Assembly (NCBI GenBank): GCA_035763805.1
Contig: DASUAL010000133.1
Coordinates: forward strand, 2,518 to 66,517
Direction: 5' to 3'
Source: Gemmatimonadales bacterium
GTDB taxonomy: Bacteria > Gemmatimonadota > Gemmatimonadetes > Gemmatimonadales > GWC2-71-9
DNA length: 64,000 nucleotides
Position 1 is the stretch's first letter; each line of letters opens with the position of its first letter. Below, piece after piece: positions 8,037-17,499 of this stretch. A program made the translations under genes and the position numbers. The notes under the pieces were generated by a model. The model did not search any database and had not been told where the DNA came from. It saw only the letters and a program-made list of their open reading frames with translations.

Positions 8037-8426
8037 TCAGGCGCCCACCACGGCGTCCGCTTCGATCTCCACGAGCATCTCGGGCTCCACCAGCCGACTC
8101 ACCGCCACGAGCGTGCTGGCGGGACGGATGTCCCGGAAGAACTCCCCGTGGGCCCGGCCCACCTGTTCCCAGTCGGCGATGTTGGTCACGTACATGCGGG
8201 TGCGCACGACGTGCCGGAGCGACGCGCCTGCCTGCCCGAGGGCCCGTTCGATGTTCCGAAGCGCCTGGACGGCCTGGGCGTACGGGTCGCCGACGCCGAC
8301 AATGTTGCCGTCCGGCCCGGTGGCAGTCGTCCCCGCCACGTGGATCGTGGCCCCCACGCGCACGGCGCGCGAGTACCCCACGATCGGCTCCCACGGCGCC
8401 CCGCTCGAGATGTTCTGACGCGGCAT
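8037..8426 (-). CDS. RidA/YjgF/UK114 family protein
   Basis: 129 aa. [18 protein letters not shown]...VRTRMYV...VEIEADA is typical of RidA-family deaminases. Confidence 0.9.
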   Translation of the reverse strand: MPRQNISSGAPWEPIVGYSRAVRVGATIHVAGTTATGPDGNIVGVGDPYAQAVQALRNIERALGQAGASLRHVVRTRMYVTNIADWEQVGRAHGEFFRDIRPASTLVAVSRLVEPEMLVEIEADAVVGA

Positions 8427-8480
8427 GGCGTCGCCTCCTCTGGGATCTTGGTCAGCCTTCCGTTTCCACGGTCGCGACGA

Positions 8481-9020
8481 TCAGCACAAGGCCATCTGAT
8501 CCGTGGGCCCTGCGGGATAGCACAGCCGTCCCCCCGGCAGCACCCGCGCGTGGGGCGACAGCCGATGGCGCTCCGGCTCTCCCGGGCCGATGATGTGGCG
8601 GACTTCGATGCCCCTTGCGACGAGAGCGTCGGCGAGCAGCTGGCGATGGCAGCGCCACGGCACCGCTTCAGCGCACAACACCGCGCTCGGTCGCCCGGCA
8701 GCCAGATCGATCAGGCGCCCCAGGGCCTGCGTGAACGCCGGCGTTTCCATGTAGTCGGCGTAGCCACGGAATGCGGCGTTGCGCCAGGCAGTGTTGGGCG
8801 AGCTCGCCTGCGCCGCGCGCCGCCCGCCGAGATCGGATTCGTGGCCGTACGCGATCCCCGCCGTCGCGAGGGCGACCGCGAGAGGGTCCTTCGCAAAGTG
8901 CGGATGGCGCCGTGACGCGGGATAGCGGCGCACGTCGACCACCTGGCCCACGCCGTGGGCCGCGAGCAGCGCTAGGAAGTCTTCGAGCGTGCGGGTGGAA
9001 TGTCCAACCGTGTAGATCAC
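8481..9020 (-). CDS. DUF488 domain-containing protein
   Basis: C-terminal 179 codons of ORF-track entry 8481..10316. GTG at 9020 gives VIYTVGHSTRTLEDF..., the usual DUF488 N-terminus. The upstream part of the long ORF is antisense to ada. Confidence 0.8.
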   Translation of the reverse strand: MIYTVGHSTRTLEDFLALLAAHGVGQVVDVRRYPASRRHPHFAKDPLAVALATAGIAYGHESDLGGRRAAQASSPNTAWRNAAFRGYADYMETPAFTQALGRLIDLAAGRPSAVLCAEAVPWRCHRQLLADALVARGIEVRHIIGPGEPERHRLSPHARVLPGGRLCYPAGPTDQMALC

Positions 9021-9221
9021 GTTCCCGTATCCCAATATAGGGGCGCCTTGACGCCGCGCGGGCCGTGCCGAACTTCCCCGAAACGGTCGCGACCGCAGAG
9101 TTCCTGGATCGTGGCGGTCCGGAGGCGACGGCACGCCCCCCTCGGCCGACGAACCGTGGATGTAGGATTTGAGCGTCAAAAGCGGATAGATCGTGGTGCG
9201 GGGACGCGCTAAGTTCTCTGC

Positions 9222-10310
9222 GTGACCCGGGCCGCTGTCGTTACCGACCTGACCGCCGAGCTCAGCTGGCGAGCCGTCCTGGCCCGCGACCGCCGCTACG
9301 ACGGGGCGTTCGTGTATGCGGTGCGCTCGACTGGGATCTACTGCCGCCCCTCGTGCGCCAGCAGGAAGCCGCGACGCGAGTTGGTGGCGTTCTTCGGCGT
9401 GCCCGAGGCAGCCGAGCGGGCGGGGTTTCGCGCGTGCCGGCGCTGCCATCCGACACGGGTGAGCGCTGCCGACCCGCGCGTCCCGCTTGTGCGGGCGGTC
9501 TGCCGCCTGATCGATGCCCATCCGGACCGGCCCGCGAGCCTCGCGACCCTCAGCGGCCGGGTCGGCGCGACGCCGCACCGGCTGGTGCGTGCCTTCCGGG
9601 CCGTGCTTGGCCTCACGCCGCGCCAGTACCGGGACGAGCGCCGGCTGGACCGGTTCAAGACCCAGCTGAAGGAGAGACGAAAAGTGAGTCCCGCCCTGTA
9701 CGAAGCCGGTTACGGCTCGACCAGCCGTGTGTACGAGCGCGCGAACGCCCAGCTCGGCATGACCCCTGCGACGTACAGCCGCGGCGGCGCGGGGATGCGC
9801 ATCGCCTTCGCGATCGTCCCCTGCAGGCTCGGCCGCCTGCTCGTCGCCGCCACCGAGCGCGGCATCTCCCGCGTCGGTATCGGCGATGACGATCGTGTGC
9901 TGGAGCGCGGTCTGCGGACCGAATTCCCGGCGGCCTCGATCGCGCGCGATGACGCGAAGCTGCGATCCTGGGTCACGGAGCTGGTCGCGCATCTCGACGG
10001 CCGGCAGCCTCACCTCGACCTGCCGCTCGACGTGCGTGCCACGGCCTTCCAGCGGCGCGTGTGGGAGGCACTGCGGAAGATTCCCTACGGGAGCACGCGC
10101 ACGTATTCCGAGATCGCGCGCGCCATCGGAAATGCCAAGGCGACGCGCGCGGTCGCCCGAGCGTGTGCCACGAATCCGGTGGCCGTGGTGGTACCGTGTC
10201 ATCGGGTCGTGAGGGAAGGGGGAGAACTCGGTGGATACCGGTGGGGGATGGAGCGGAAGAGAGCGTTGCTCAAACAGGAAGCAGAAAGCAGAACAGGCAA
10301 CAACAACTAG
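9222..10310 (+). CDS. ada: Bifunctional Ada: Zn-binding methylphosphotriester domain + AraC-type HTH + O6-methylguanine-DNA methyltransferase
   Basis: 362 aa, GTG start. Ada Zn motif (YCRPSCASRKPRRE...CRRC). HTH region. C-terminal PCHRV active site. Confidence 0.9.
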   Translation: MTRAAVVTDLTAELSWRAVLARDRRYDGAFVYAVRSTGIYCRPSCASRKPRRELVAFFGVPEAAERAGFRACRRCHPTRVSAADPRVPLVRAVCRLIDAHPDRPASLATLSGRVGATPHRLVRAFRAVLGLTPRQYRDERRLDRFKTQLKERRKVSPALYEAGYGSTSRVYERANAQLGMTPATYSRGGAGMRIAFAIVPCRLGRLLVAATERGISRVGIGDDDRVLERGLRTEFPAASIARDDAKLRSWVTELVAHLDGRQPHLDLPLDVRATAFQRRVWEALRKIPYGSTRTYSEIARAIGNAKATRAVARACATNPVAVVVPCHRVVREGGELGGYRWGMERKRALLKQEAESRTGNNN

Positions 10311-10336
10311 ACGCACAGACGCACAGCGGTGAACGG

Positions 10337-10375
10337 CAGCGAGGGGTCAGATGACACTATCCCGACCCCTCGCTG
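10337..10375. terminator. Bidirectional stem-loop between convergent ada and DinB-family genes
   Basis: Perfect 12-bp inverted repeat CAGCGAGGGGTC (10337-10348) / GACCCCTCGCTG (10364-10375) with a 15-nt loop, followed by TTT on the + strand. Confidence 0.55.
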
Positions 10376-10377
10376 TT

Positions 10378-10944
10378 TCAGAGGCGTGGGAACCCCGCGG
10401 CCTCGCGCACCTGTCTGGCCTGCCACACGTGGCGCCGCTCGTGGGCGAGCACGAAAGCGAAGTACGCGCCCAGAGGCATGCGCAGCAACGGCGTGACGGG
10501 CGAGACGACCCGGGCGCGCCTGAGGTCCAGCCCATCCGCCCGGCGCACCCGCTCCGCCAGCTGGTCGCGCACGCGCAGGAACTCGGGTAGCACCTGACCC
10601 GGCGAGTGAGTGGCCCCGGGCGGCACCTCGAAGATTTTGACCGTCCGCATGCGACGCTTCACCGGCGGCTCCATCGAGCGCACCATCCAATTCGCGAACC
10701 AGCCGTAACGAAAGCGGCCCTGCCCCATGAGCCCCCGCGTCCAGCCGCGCTCGATCCCCCGGTCGAACGCCGGCAGGGTCGTCGTCACCGCGACGTTCAG
10801 GTGCACCAAGCACTCGCCGATGGACCAGCGTCCCGGCCCGGGACGCGAGTTGAATTGCGCGTTTGACAACCCCGAAACGAGCGCCTGCGCGTCTCGCTTG
10901 ACCGCCTCGATCTGTTGGAGATAGTCCTGCAGCTCCTCGTTCAT
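10378..10944 (-). CDS. DinB family protein
   Basis: 188 aa. Four-helix-bundle pattern with conserved His (ECLVHL...; AHERRH), typical of the DinB_2 superfamily. Confidence 0.8.
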   Translation of the reverse strand: MNEELQDYLQQIEAVKRDAQALVSGLSNAQFNSRPGPGRWSIGECLVHLNVAVTTTLPAFDRGIERGWTRGLMGQGRFRYGWFANWMVRSMEPPVKRRMRTVKIFEVPPGATHSPGQVLPEFLRVRDQLAERVRRADGLDLRRARVVSPVTPLLRMPLGAYFAFVLAHERRHVWQARQVREAAGFPRL

Positions 10945-11047
10945 TGAGGCCCTCCGGATGCGCGATCCAGTACACCACGCCGGAATCTAGGGAACGCCTG
11001 TCGTTTCCGCATTGCCGCTTCCTTCGCGGACCCCTAGGTTCCCGCGC

Positions 11048-11428
11048 ATGCACCGGGTGTTCCGCGCCGTCGCGGCGACGGTCGTGCCCGAAGCCGCGCA
11101 GCTCGACGCGGCGGGCTGGGCCGAGGTCGAGAAAATCGTCGAGCGAGCGCTGGCCGATCGGCCCGTCGCGCTGCGACGCAAGCTCATGGCGTTCCTCGGC
11201 GTGGTGGAGTGGATGCCACTGCTACGATACGGGCGGCGCTTCAGCACGCTCGACAGCGCGCGCCGTGAACGGCTGCTTTCCGCTTTCGAGCGCGCTCCCC
11301 TGCTGCTCATCCGGCGCGGCTTCTGGGGGGTGCGCACGCTCGTGTTCATGGGCTACTACGGGAGGCCGGCGGCGGCCGCCGTGATCGGCTATCGCGCGGA
11401 CCCGCGAGGTTGGGAAGCACGCCGATGA
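11048..11428 (+). CDS. Small subunit associated with GMC oxidoreductase (gluconate 2-dehydrogenase subunit 3-like)
   Basis: About 126 aa from the ATG at 11048 (the ORF track starts at 11012). Stop overlaps the GMC start (ATGA at 11425-11428). Sequence MHRVFRAVAATVVPEA... resembles such accessory subunits. Confidence 0.55.
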   Translation: MHRVFRAVAATVVPEAAQLDAAGWAEVEKIVERALADRPVALRRKLMAFLGVVEWMPLLRYGRRFSTLDSARRERLLSAFERAPLLLIRRGFWGVRTLVFMGYYGRPAAAAVIGYRADPRGWEARR

Positions 11429-12963
11429 GCGATGTCATCGAGCGTGCGTGCGACGTGGTCGTGATCGGCTCCGGCGCGGGCGGAGGCACGGTCGCGCAGG
11501 AGCTGGCCCCCCTCGTGCGGGATGGCCTGCGGGTGCTCGTGCTCGAGAAGGGACCGCGCCTCGCGGACGACGAATTCACCGGTCGCGAACTCGAGATGGC
11601 GGCCGCGCTGTACGAGGCGTCGGGCGCCTTCCTGACCGCGGAGGGCACGATGACCCTGGCGTTCGCGTCCACCTACGGCGGCTCCACGGTCGTGTATACG
11701 GGCACGTCGCTCATCGCACCCGAGCGCGTGATCCGGGCGTGGAGCGTCCCGGGACTCCATCACGCAGACATCGCCCGACGCTCCCAGAAGTTCGCCGCCC
11801 AGAACCACGTTCATCTACTCGAGGAACCCCTCATCAACGACAACAACCGGCTGTTCGTCGAGGGAGCACGGAAAGCCGGATACCACGTCGAGCAGTTCCC
11901 CGTGAACGTCAACGGTTGTCGCGGCTCGAGCCTGTGCAACCTCGGCTGTCCCAACCAGGCAAAGCAGGGCACGAATCGCGTCCAGCTCCCGCGCGCGGAG
12001 CGGGCGGGTGTCGAAGTCGTGACGCGCGCCGAAGTCGTGCGTATCGAGCCCGACCGGACGTTGCTCGTGCACGTGGCGGAGCGGCGGCCGGGGACCAAGG
12101 GCCCGCCTTCGGAATGGTCCCCCGGAGACTACCGGGTGCGCGCGCGGGCCGTCGTGTGCGCCGCGGGAGCGATCGGGACGCCCGCGCTGCTCTTGCGGTC
12201 GGCGCTCCCAGCCCGCGTGCCGCGCCTCGGCGCGGGCTTCACCTGCCATCCGGCGCTCATTCTCGTCGCGGAGCACGCCCACGCAATCACAAACGACGTG
12301 GGCCACCCGAAGAGCTACTACGTGGACCGGGCGGCCGAGGAGCGCTTCGTGCTCGAGACGTGCATGTACTTCCCGTTCGTCACGGCGAAAAGTGTGACGG
12401 GGTTTGGTGCTCCGCACTCGGATGTCATGCGCGCCTTCCCGCGGCTCCAGATGATTCTGCTGCTCGCCTGCGACCGTGCGGTGTCCGGCAACCGGGTCAC
12501 CGTCGATCGGGCCGGAAGGCCGGTCGTACACTATCGCTTCACGCCAGAGACAATGGAGGGCCTGGTGCGCGGCACGCGCGCGGCGGCGCGGATCTTCTTC
12601 GCCGCCGGCGCGCGATGCGTCCACGTACCGGCCGACCCACCGCTCGTCGACGCCACGGAGGTCCATCGTCTGGACGCGCGGATCGCGGGGCGGCACTTCC
12701 GGCTCGGCAGTATGTCGGTCACCGCGGCTCACCTCATGGGCGGCTGCGGCATGGGCCGGAGCGCCGCCGAATCGGTCACCGATTCCTGGGGGCGAGTGCA
12801 CGGCGCACCCTGGCTGCGGGTGGCCGACGCGAGCCTCTTCCCGGATGCGCTCGAGATCAATCCGTATCTCACGATCATGGCGCTGGCCGACCGCGTCGCC
12901 GAGGGGATCCGCGCCGACGCGGCCGAGCTGATCGGATCGCGGGAGCAGACAGCCCATGCTTGA
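11425..12963 (+). CDS. GMC family FAD-dependent oxidoreductase
   Basis: About 512 aa. DVVVIGSGAGGG dinucleotide-binding motif. C-terminal ...HLMGGCGMG...RVADASLFP is typical of the GMC family. Confidence 0.85.
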   Translation: MSDVIERACDVVVIGSGAGGGTVAQELAPLVRDGLRVLVLEKGPRLADDEFTGRELEMAAALYEASGAFLTAEGTMTLAFASTYGGSTVVYTGTSLIAPERVIRAWSVPGLHHADIARRSQKFAAQNHVHLLEEPLINDNNRLFVEGARKAGYHVEQFPVNVNGCRGSSLCNLGCPNQAKQGTNRVQLPRAERAGVEVVTRAEVVRIEPDRTLLVHVAERRPGTKGPPSEWSPGDYRVRARAVVCAAGAIGTPALLLRSALPARVPRLGAGFTCHPALILVAEHAHAITNDVGHPKSYYVDRAAEERFVLETCMYFPFVTAKSVTGFGAPHSDVMRAFPRLQMILLLACDRAVSGNRVTVDRAGRPVVHYRFTPETMEGLVRGTRAAARIFFAAGARCVHVPADPPLVDATEVHRLDARIAGRHFRLGSMSVTAAHLMGGCGMGRSAAESVTDSWGRVHGAPWLRVADASLFPDALEINPYLTIMALADRVAEGIRADAAELIGSREQTAHA

Positions 12964-14071
12964 GCACGTCCCCGTGGTCGTTGCCGGCGCCGGGCCCGCC
13001 GGCCTCGCAACCTCCCAGCAGCTCACGGAACGCAATATCCCACACCGCGTGCTCGAGCGCGGCGACGCGGTCGGCCACACATGGGCGAACCTGTACGACA
13101 GCCTGACGCTCCACACGGGAAAGCACATGTCGAGCCTCCCCGGCATGCCCTTCCCCCGTGCCGCGCCGCTGTTCCTGCCGCGGCAGGAATTCTGGGAATA
13201 CCTGCGGCGCTACACCAGCACGTTTCATCTGCCGGTGGAGACGCGTTGCGCGGTCGAGCGGGCCACGCGGACGAACGGCACGTGGCGTGTGGCAACGGCC
13301 CGCGGTGAGCTCGAGGCCGACGTGCTGGTGTTCGCCACCGGCATCGTCGCGAACCCGAAAATCCCGACCTTCCCAGGCCAGGAGCGCTTCGGCGGACGCG
13401 TGGTCCACAGCGTGCACTACCGTCGCCCCCAGCCGTACGTCGGCCGGCGGGTGCTGGTCGTCGGCGTCGGCAATTCGGGCGCCGAGATCGGGAGCGAGAT
13501 CGCGCGCGCGGGCGGAAACGTGACGATCGCCGTGCGCTCGGGCGCCAACGTCGTGCCACTCACGCTCGCGGGACTCCCGATCCAGTACGTGTCCTATTGG
13601 GTGCGGAAGCTGCCACGCACCGTCCAGGAGGGAACGGTCGCGCTGGTGCGGCTCATGACCGAGCTGCGCCGCGGCAAGCCGGTGCTGCCGCGGCCGGCGC
13701 ACAGCCCGCTCGACGCGATCCCGGTGATCGGGTTTCACCTGGTGGACGCGATCTGCGAAGGGCTGGTCGACGTGCGCGCCGGAGTCGCCGAGCTGACCGG
13801 GGACGGCGCGCGCTTCAGCGACGGCACGGAAAGCCGCTTCGACGACGTGATCCTCGCCACCGGCTTCAGCGCGGCGGTCGGGCCCCTGGGCGGGCTCATC
13901 CAGCTCGACCGGAAGGGCTTCGCGCGGCGCCGCGACCGGGTCGTGAGCTTGGACCAGCCACATCTCTATTTCGTGGGCCATAACTACGACGCCACGGGCG
14001 GGCTGTACAACATCAATCGCGACTCGAGGCTCGCGGCGAGATTGATCGCCGACCGGCACCGGAAGCGGTAG
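12956..14071 (+). CDS. Flavin-containing monooxygenase-like NAD(P)/FAD-dependent oxidoreductase
   Basis: 371 aa. GAGPAGL (FAD), GVGNSGAEIG (NADPH) and ILATGF motifs. 8-nt overlap with the GMC gene. Confidence 0.8.
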   Translation: MLEHVPVVVAGAGPAGLATSQQLTERNIPHRVLERGDAVGHTWANLYDSLTLHTGKHMSSLPGMPFPRAAPLFLPRQEFWEYLRRYTSTFHLPVETRCAVERATRTNGTWRVATARGELEADVLVFATGIVANPKIPTFPGQERFGGRVVHSVHYRRPQPYVGRRVLVVGVGNSGAEIGSEIARAGGNVTIAVRSGANVVPLTLAGLPIQYVSYWVRKLPRTVQEGTVALVRLMTELRRGKPVLPRPAHSPLDAIPVIGFHLVDAICEGLVDVRAGVAELTGDGARFSDGTESRFDDVILATGFSAAVGPLGGLIQLDRKGFARRRDRVVSLDQPHLYFVGHNYDATGGLYNINRDSRLAARLIADRHRKR

Positions 14072-14162
14072 GAACGGCCCGACCGGGCTCGGGGCGCGAG
14101 TGGACAGCCGCGCCGGATCCCGGTTACTCTCCTCCGCCAAACGGACCTTCGGAGCGAGCACT

Positions 14163-15629
14163 ATGTCGCGGTTAGCCGCGTTCCTGACTTTCATTCTCAC
14201 CGCCGCGGCCTGTGGCATCGCCAGCGGCCAGCGCACACGGGCACTCCCGCACGACGTGGTCGCCCGCGCGGTCGCCGCAATGGGCGGCGAGCAAGCGCTG
14301 CGCGGCGTGCACAGCGTGACGACCGAGTTCTACAGCGCGACCTTCGCGCTCGGCCAGGAAGAAACGCCTGAGTCCCCTGCGCGGGCGGGCGTCGTGCAGG
14401 GACGCATCACCCTGGACTACGCCGGGAACCGCAAGCTGGGCGCCATCGAGGCGCGCCAGCCCACGGGGGCCGTGAACCGGCTGAGGCGCATCACCGCGGG
14501 CGGCATCGGGATGCTCGAGACGAACGGCCGCCTGACCCCGGACAACCCCGTCGTCGCCGCGGGTGAGGAGGCGTCGCTCCGCCGTGCGGCTGAGCGCTTG
14601 CTGCTCAACGCACTCGAGCACCCTGAGGCGCTGAGCTCGCTCCCGCCGCGCGCCTGGCGCGGCGACATGCACGACGGCGTCCGCTACACGCACGGGCTGG
14701 ACACGCTGGATCTGTACTTCGACCGCGCCTCGGGCCTCCCCACCGTTACCGAAACCCTGACGGACGATCCGATTTTGGGCGATCGCCGCACGGCGAGCTG
14801 GCTCACGCGGTGGCAGGACGCGGGCGGCGTGCTCTTCCCGCGCCAGTACGACGTGTACGTGAACGGACGGCTACAGACGCATTCGGTGTTCACCGCCATC
14901 ACGCCGAACCCGGAGACACCGGACTCCTTGTTCGCGATCCCGGACTCGATCGCCGCCCGTGCCCAGCGTGCGAGCCCGACACCGCCACCGGTGATAGTGA
15001 ACCTGGTGGAGCTCGCGCCGGGGGTATGGCGCGCCGAGGGCGGATCGCACCACTCGCTGATCGTAGACCAGGGCGCGCGGCTAGTCGTGGTCGAAGCGCC
15101 GCAGAACGCGACCCGCTCCCGCGCCGTGCTCGACACGCTCGGAGCGCGGTTCCCGGGCAAGCCCGTCGGCCTGGTCGTGAACACCCACCACCACTGGGAT
15201 CACGCAGGCGGGCTGCGCGCGTACCTCGCGGCCGGCATCCCGGTCGTGACCCACGCCCGGAACGTGGCCTTCGTGCGCGGGATCGCACTCACTCGGAAGA
15301 CGGCCGCCCCGGATGCGCTGTCCCGCCGCCCGCGCCAGCCTGAGATCCGCACGGTGGAGGACAGTCTGGCGCTCGGCACCGGCGAGCGCCGCATCGTGCT
15401 GTACCACCTGCCCACGGCGCACGTGCAAGGCATGCTCGCAGCCTACGTGCCCGAGGCTCAGTTACTCTTCAACAGCGACGTGCTGTCACCGGGCACCATG
15501 CTGGCGCCGGTCGGAAGCCGGGAGATCGTGGCGCTCGTGAAGGCGAGAGGCGTCAGCGTGGCCCGGGTCGCGGGGGGGCACGGCGGAGTGGCGAACTGGC
15601 CCGACGTGGAGCGGGCGACGAGCCCCTAG
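14163..15629 (+). CDS. Exported MBL-fold metallo-hydrolase
   Basis: Internal ATG of ORF 14100..15629 gives a signal peptide (MSRLAAFLTFILTAAACGIASG). HxHxDH motif (NTHHHWDHAGG). Confidence 0.8.
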   Translation: MSRLAAFLTFILTAAACGIASGQRTRALPHDVVARAVAAMGGEQALRGVHSVTTEFYSATFALGQEETPESPARAGVVQGRITLDYAGNRKLGAIEARQPTGAVNRLRRITAGGIGMLETNGRLTPDNPVVAAGEEASLRRAAERLLLNALEHPEALSSLPPRAWRGDMHDGVRYTHGLDTLDLYFDRASGLPTVTETLTDDPILGDRRTASWLTRWQDAGGVLFPRQYDVYVNGRLQTHSVFTAITPNPETPDSLFAIPDSIAARAQRASPTPPPVIVNLVELAPGVWRAEGGSHHSLIVDQGARLVVVEAPQNATRSRAVLDTLGARFPGKPVGLVVNTHHHWDHAGGLRAYLAAGIPVVTHARNVAFVRGIALTRKTAAPDALSRRPRQPEIRTVEDSLALGTGERRIVLYHLPTAHVQGMLAAYVPEAQLLFNSDVLSPGTMLAPVGSREIVALVKARGVSVARVAGGHGGVANWPDVERATSP

Positions 15630-15675
15630 GAGGCGGAGGGGACGGGGGGACGGGGGGGACGGGGGGCGGGGGGGT
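15629..15675 (+). repeat. G-tract array (G-quadruplex-forming motif)
   Basis: GGAGGCGGAGGGGACGGGGGGACGGGGGGGACGGGGGGCGGGGGGG. Five runs of G4-G7 separated by 1-2 nt, starting at the MBL stop codon and lying between convergent genes. Confidence 0.6.
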
Positions 15676-15784
15676 CTCGAACGCTGCCCGGGCTAGCGAG
15701 CGCCCGCGAGCAGGTCCGCGGCGTGCAACCGCCGCCGACTCCACCTCCTTGATGCGGCGACGACGCTTCGGGCCATCACACCTC

Positions 15785-16321
15785 CTACGGCGCTCCCACG
15801 GGGGGCGTGTGCTCCGCCACGGTCCGCTCGATGCGTTGGGCGAGTACGCGCGCGCCGGCGGGCGCCATCGCCCGCGCGTCGCCCTTGAGCTCGTATCCGT
15901 CGGTCAAGACCGGCCGACCGGTGGCGACGTCGAGCAGGTCCGCCGCGAGCACCCAGACGATGTTGCTCGTCTTGGTCACGGTCCCCTTGACGATCCACTG
16001 GGCGCCGAGCTGCCTCGCGACGACGAGGGCGCACGCGTTGCCGCACAAATTCCACCCGGCCTCGGCGGCAACCGCGTCTGCCACGCGCGCCGAATCCACC
16101 AGCGTGATGCGGTCCGACGCCCGCAGCGTAGCGAACAGCTTGCTCGTCGCCGACTGCACGATCGCGGTGTCGCCCGGCTCGAGCACGTTCGCGTACCGCC
16201 CCTCGAACCGCAGGTTGAGCACTGCAACGACCGGGCGGGCGGCGCCCGCGGTCGCCTGCGACGCGAGCGGCAGGACGGGACCAAGGAGCAATACAACGAG
16301 AACGACGCAACGCGAGATCAC
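15785..16321 (-). CDS. Exported hypothetical protein
   Basis: ORF 15785..16444 trimmed to the GTG at 16321, which is preceded by GGAGG. Signal peptide VISRCVVLVVLLLGPVLPLASQA. No firm domain call (DUF2380/LpoB-like impression only). Confidence 0.55.
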   Translation of the reverse strand: MISRCVVLVVLLLGPVLPLASQATAGAARPVVAVLNLRFEGRYANVLEPGDTAIVQSATSKLFATLRASDRITLVDSARVADAVAAEAGWNLCGNACALVVARQLGAQWIVKGTVTKTSNIVWVLAADLLDVATGRPVLTDGYELKGDARAMAPAGARVLAQRIERTVAEHTPPVGAP

Positions 16322-16367
16322 TAGGGCCTCCGGCTCGAGGGACGATACACGCCCGGAAATGTAGGGC

Positions 16368-17363
16368 TCACGCGCCCAGCTGCACAGTGAGGCCGCGTGC
16401 GGCACGCCGCGCCTTCTCGAACACCAGGGCCGCCGCCGCCACATCCTGCAGCGCCGTCCCCGTGCTGTCGAACACGATCGTCTCTCCGGCGGCGGTGCGG
16501 CCGGGCTTCTTTCCGGACACGATGTCGGCCAGCTCCGCGTGCACCTGGGCCCGCGTCATGGTTCCCTGCGCGAGGGCGTGATGCAGGTCGCCGATCGTAG
16601 CGCACTGGTCGAGGACGTCCACTACCACCGTGCTCGACGCCAGCAGCGCGGGGTCGAGCTCCTGTTTGTCCTCGTTGTCGGCGCCCACTCCGGCGACGAA
16701 CGTCCCCGGGCGGATGTGCTCGCGCGTCAGGAAATACCGCCGCGCCGGTGTGCAGGTGACGACGATGTCGCTTTCTTTCACGGCGGCGTCCACGCTCGGC
16801 GCGGCGTGAATCTCGATCCCGAGCTCTGGCGACAGTTCCGCCGCGAACGCGCGGGCGCGCGCCGCGTCCGTATCGAACGCGGCGACCCGCTCGATGGGCC
16901 GCACCTGTTTCAGCGCCCGGAGCTGCACGCGTCCCTGGTTGCCGCAGCCGCAGATCGCGGCCACACGGGAATCCGGACGCGCCAGGTGCCTCGCGGCGAC
17001 CGCAGTCGCCGCGCCGGTCCGCAGGGTCGTGATCTCGATCGAATCGAGCAGCGCGAGCACCGAGCCGTTCTCGGCATCGCACAGCACGATCACCCCCTGA
17101 ATGTTCGCCAAGCCGAACCGCTCCCGATTGCGGAAGAAGTTGCCATTCACCTTTGCCGCGAAGTACGGCCGTCCGAGCTCGAGACCCGCGGCCTTCACGT
17201 GGAAGCCACCGTCGCGCGCCGGCACTCCCAGCACGCCCGGCGGCAGCGCCCGGCCCTCCGCGTGCAACCGGAAGGCCCGCTCGACAGCGTCGATGCACTC
17301 CGGGAGACGCAACAGCGCCACGACGTCCCGGCGGGTGAGGATGAGCGTGCCCTCGGGATCCAC
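16368..17363 (-). CDS. Ornithine cyclodeaminase/mu-crystallin family protein
   Basis: 331 aa, GTG start. TTLRTGAATAVAARHLA and GCGNQG Rossmann motif are typical of the OCD family. Confidence 0.9.
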   Translation of the reverse strand: MDPEGTLILTRRDVVALLRLPECIDAVERAFRLHAEGRALPPGVLGVPARDGGFHVKAAGLELGRPYFAAKVNGNFFRNRERFGLANIQGVIVLCDAENGSVLALLDSIEITTLRTGAATAVAARHLARPDSRVAAICGCGNQGRVQLRALKQVRPIERVAAFDTDAARARAFAAELSPELGIEIHAAPSVDAAVKESDIVVTCTPARRYFLTREHIRPGTFVAGVGADNEDKQELDPALLASSTVVVDVLDQCATIGDLHHALAQGTMTRAQVHAELADIVSGKKPGRTAAGETIVFDSTGTALQDVAAAALVFEKARRAARGLTVQLGA

Positions 17364-17499
17364 AGGCCACCTCGTGCGATTGGAGAACGTGTGCGAGCTA
17401 CTCGGCCGCCTCGGTAAAGCTAGCGCCCGGGAGGAACCGCCGATGGACCGATCGGCGGCGGGAGTGGCGTTCGAGCGGAGCGTCGCCTAGCGTTACACC

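Noticed and set aside
9178-9186. Ada-box-like AAAAGCGGA about 40 nt upstream of ada
   Set aside because: It only partly resembles the E. coli AAAGCGCA element. Operator sequences are not known for this lineage, and a single 9-mer is not convincing.
9021-10316. Upstream 430 codons of the 611-aa minus-strand ORF 8481..10316
   Set aside because: It is antisense to the well-supported ada gene. Only the last 179 codons (DUF488) look like a real protein.
11815-14236. Long minus-strand ORFs (11815..13146 and 12875..14236) and the alternative + frame 11448..13106
   Set aside because: They are antisense or out of frame relative to the GMC and FMO-like genes, which carry clear cofactor motifs. Their composition is low-complexity and Arg-rich.
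15553-15744. 63-aa minus-strand ORF encoding a PPPPVPPVPPSPPPP stretch
   Set aside because: The poly-Pro stretch is simply the complement of the G-tract array. There is no start context or other coding evidence.
17437-17458. 8-bp inverted repeat CCGCCGAT-N6-ATCGGCGG in the OCD/Rieske divergent promoter
   Set aside because: GC-rich 8-bp inverted repeats are expected by chance many times in 64 kb of about 70% GC DNA. No adjacent regulator is present to assign it to.
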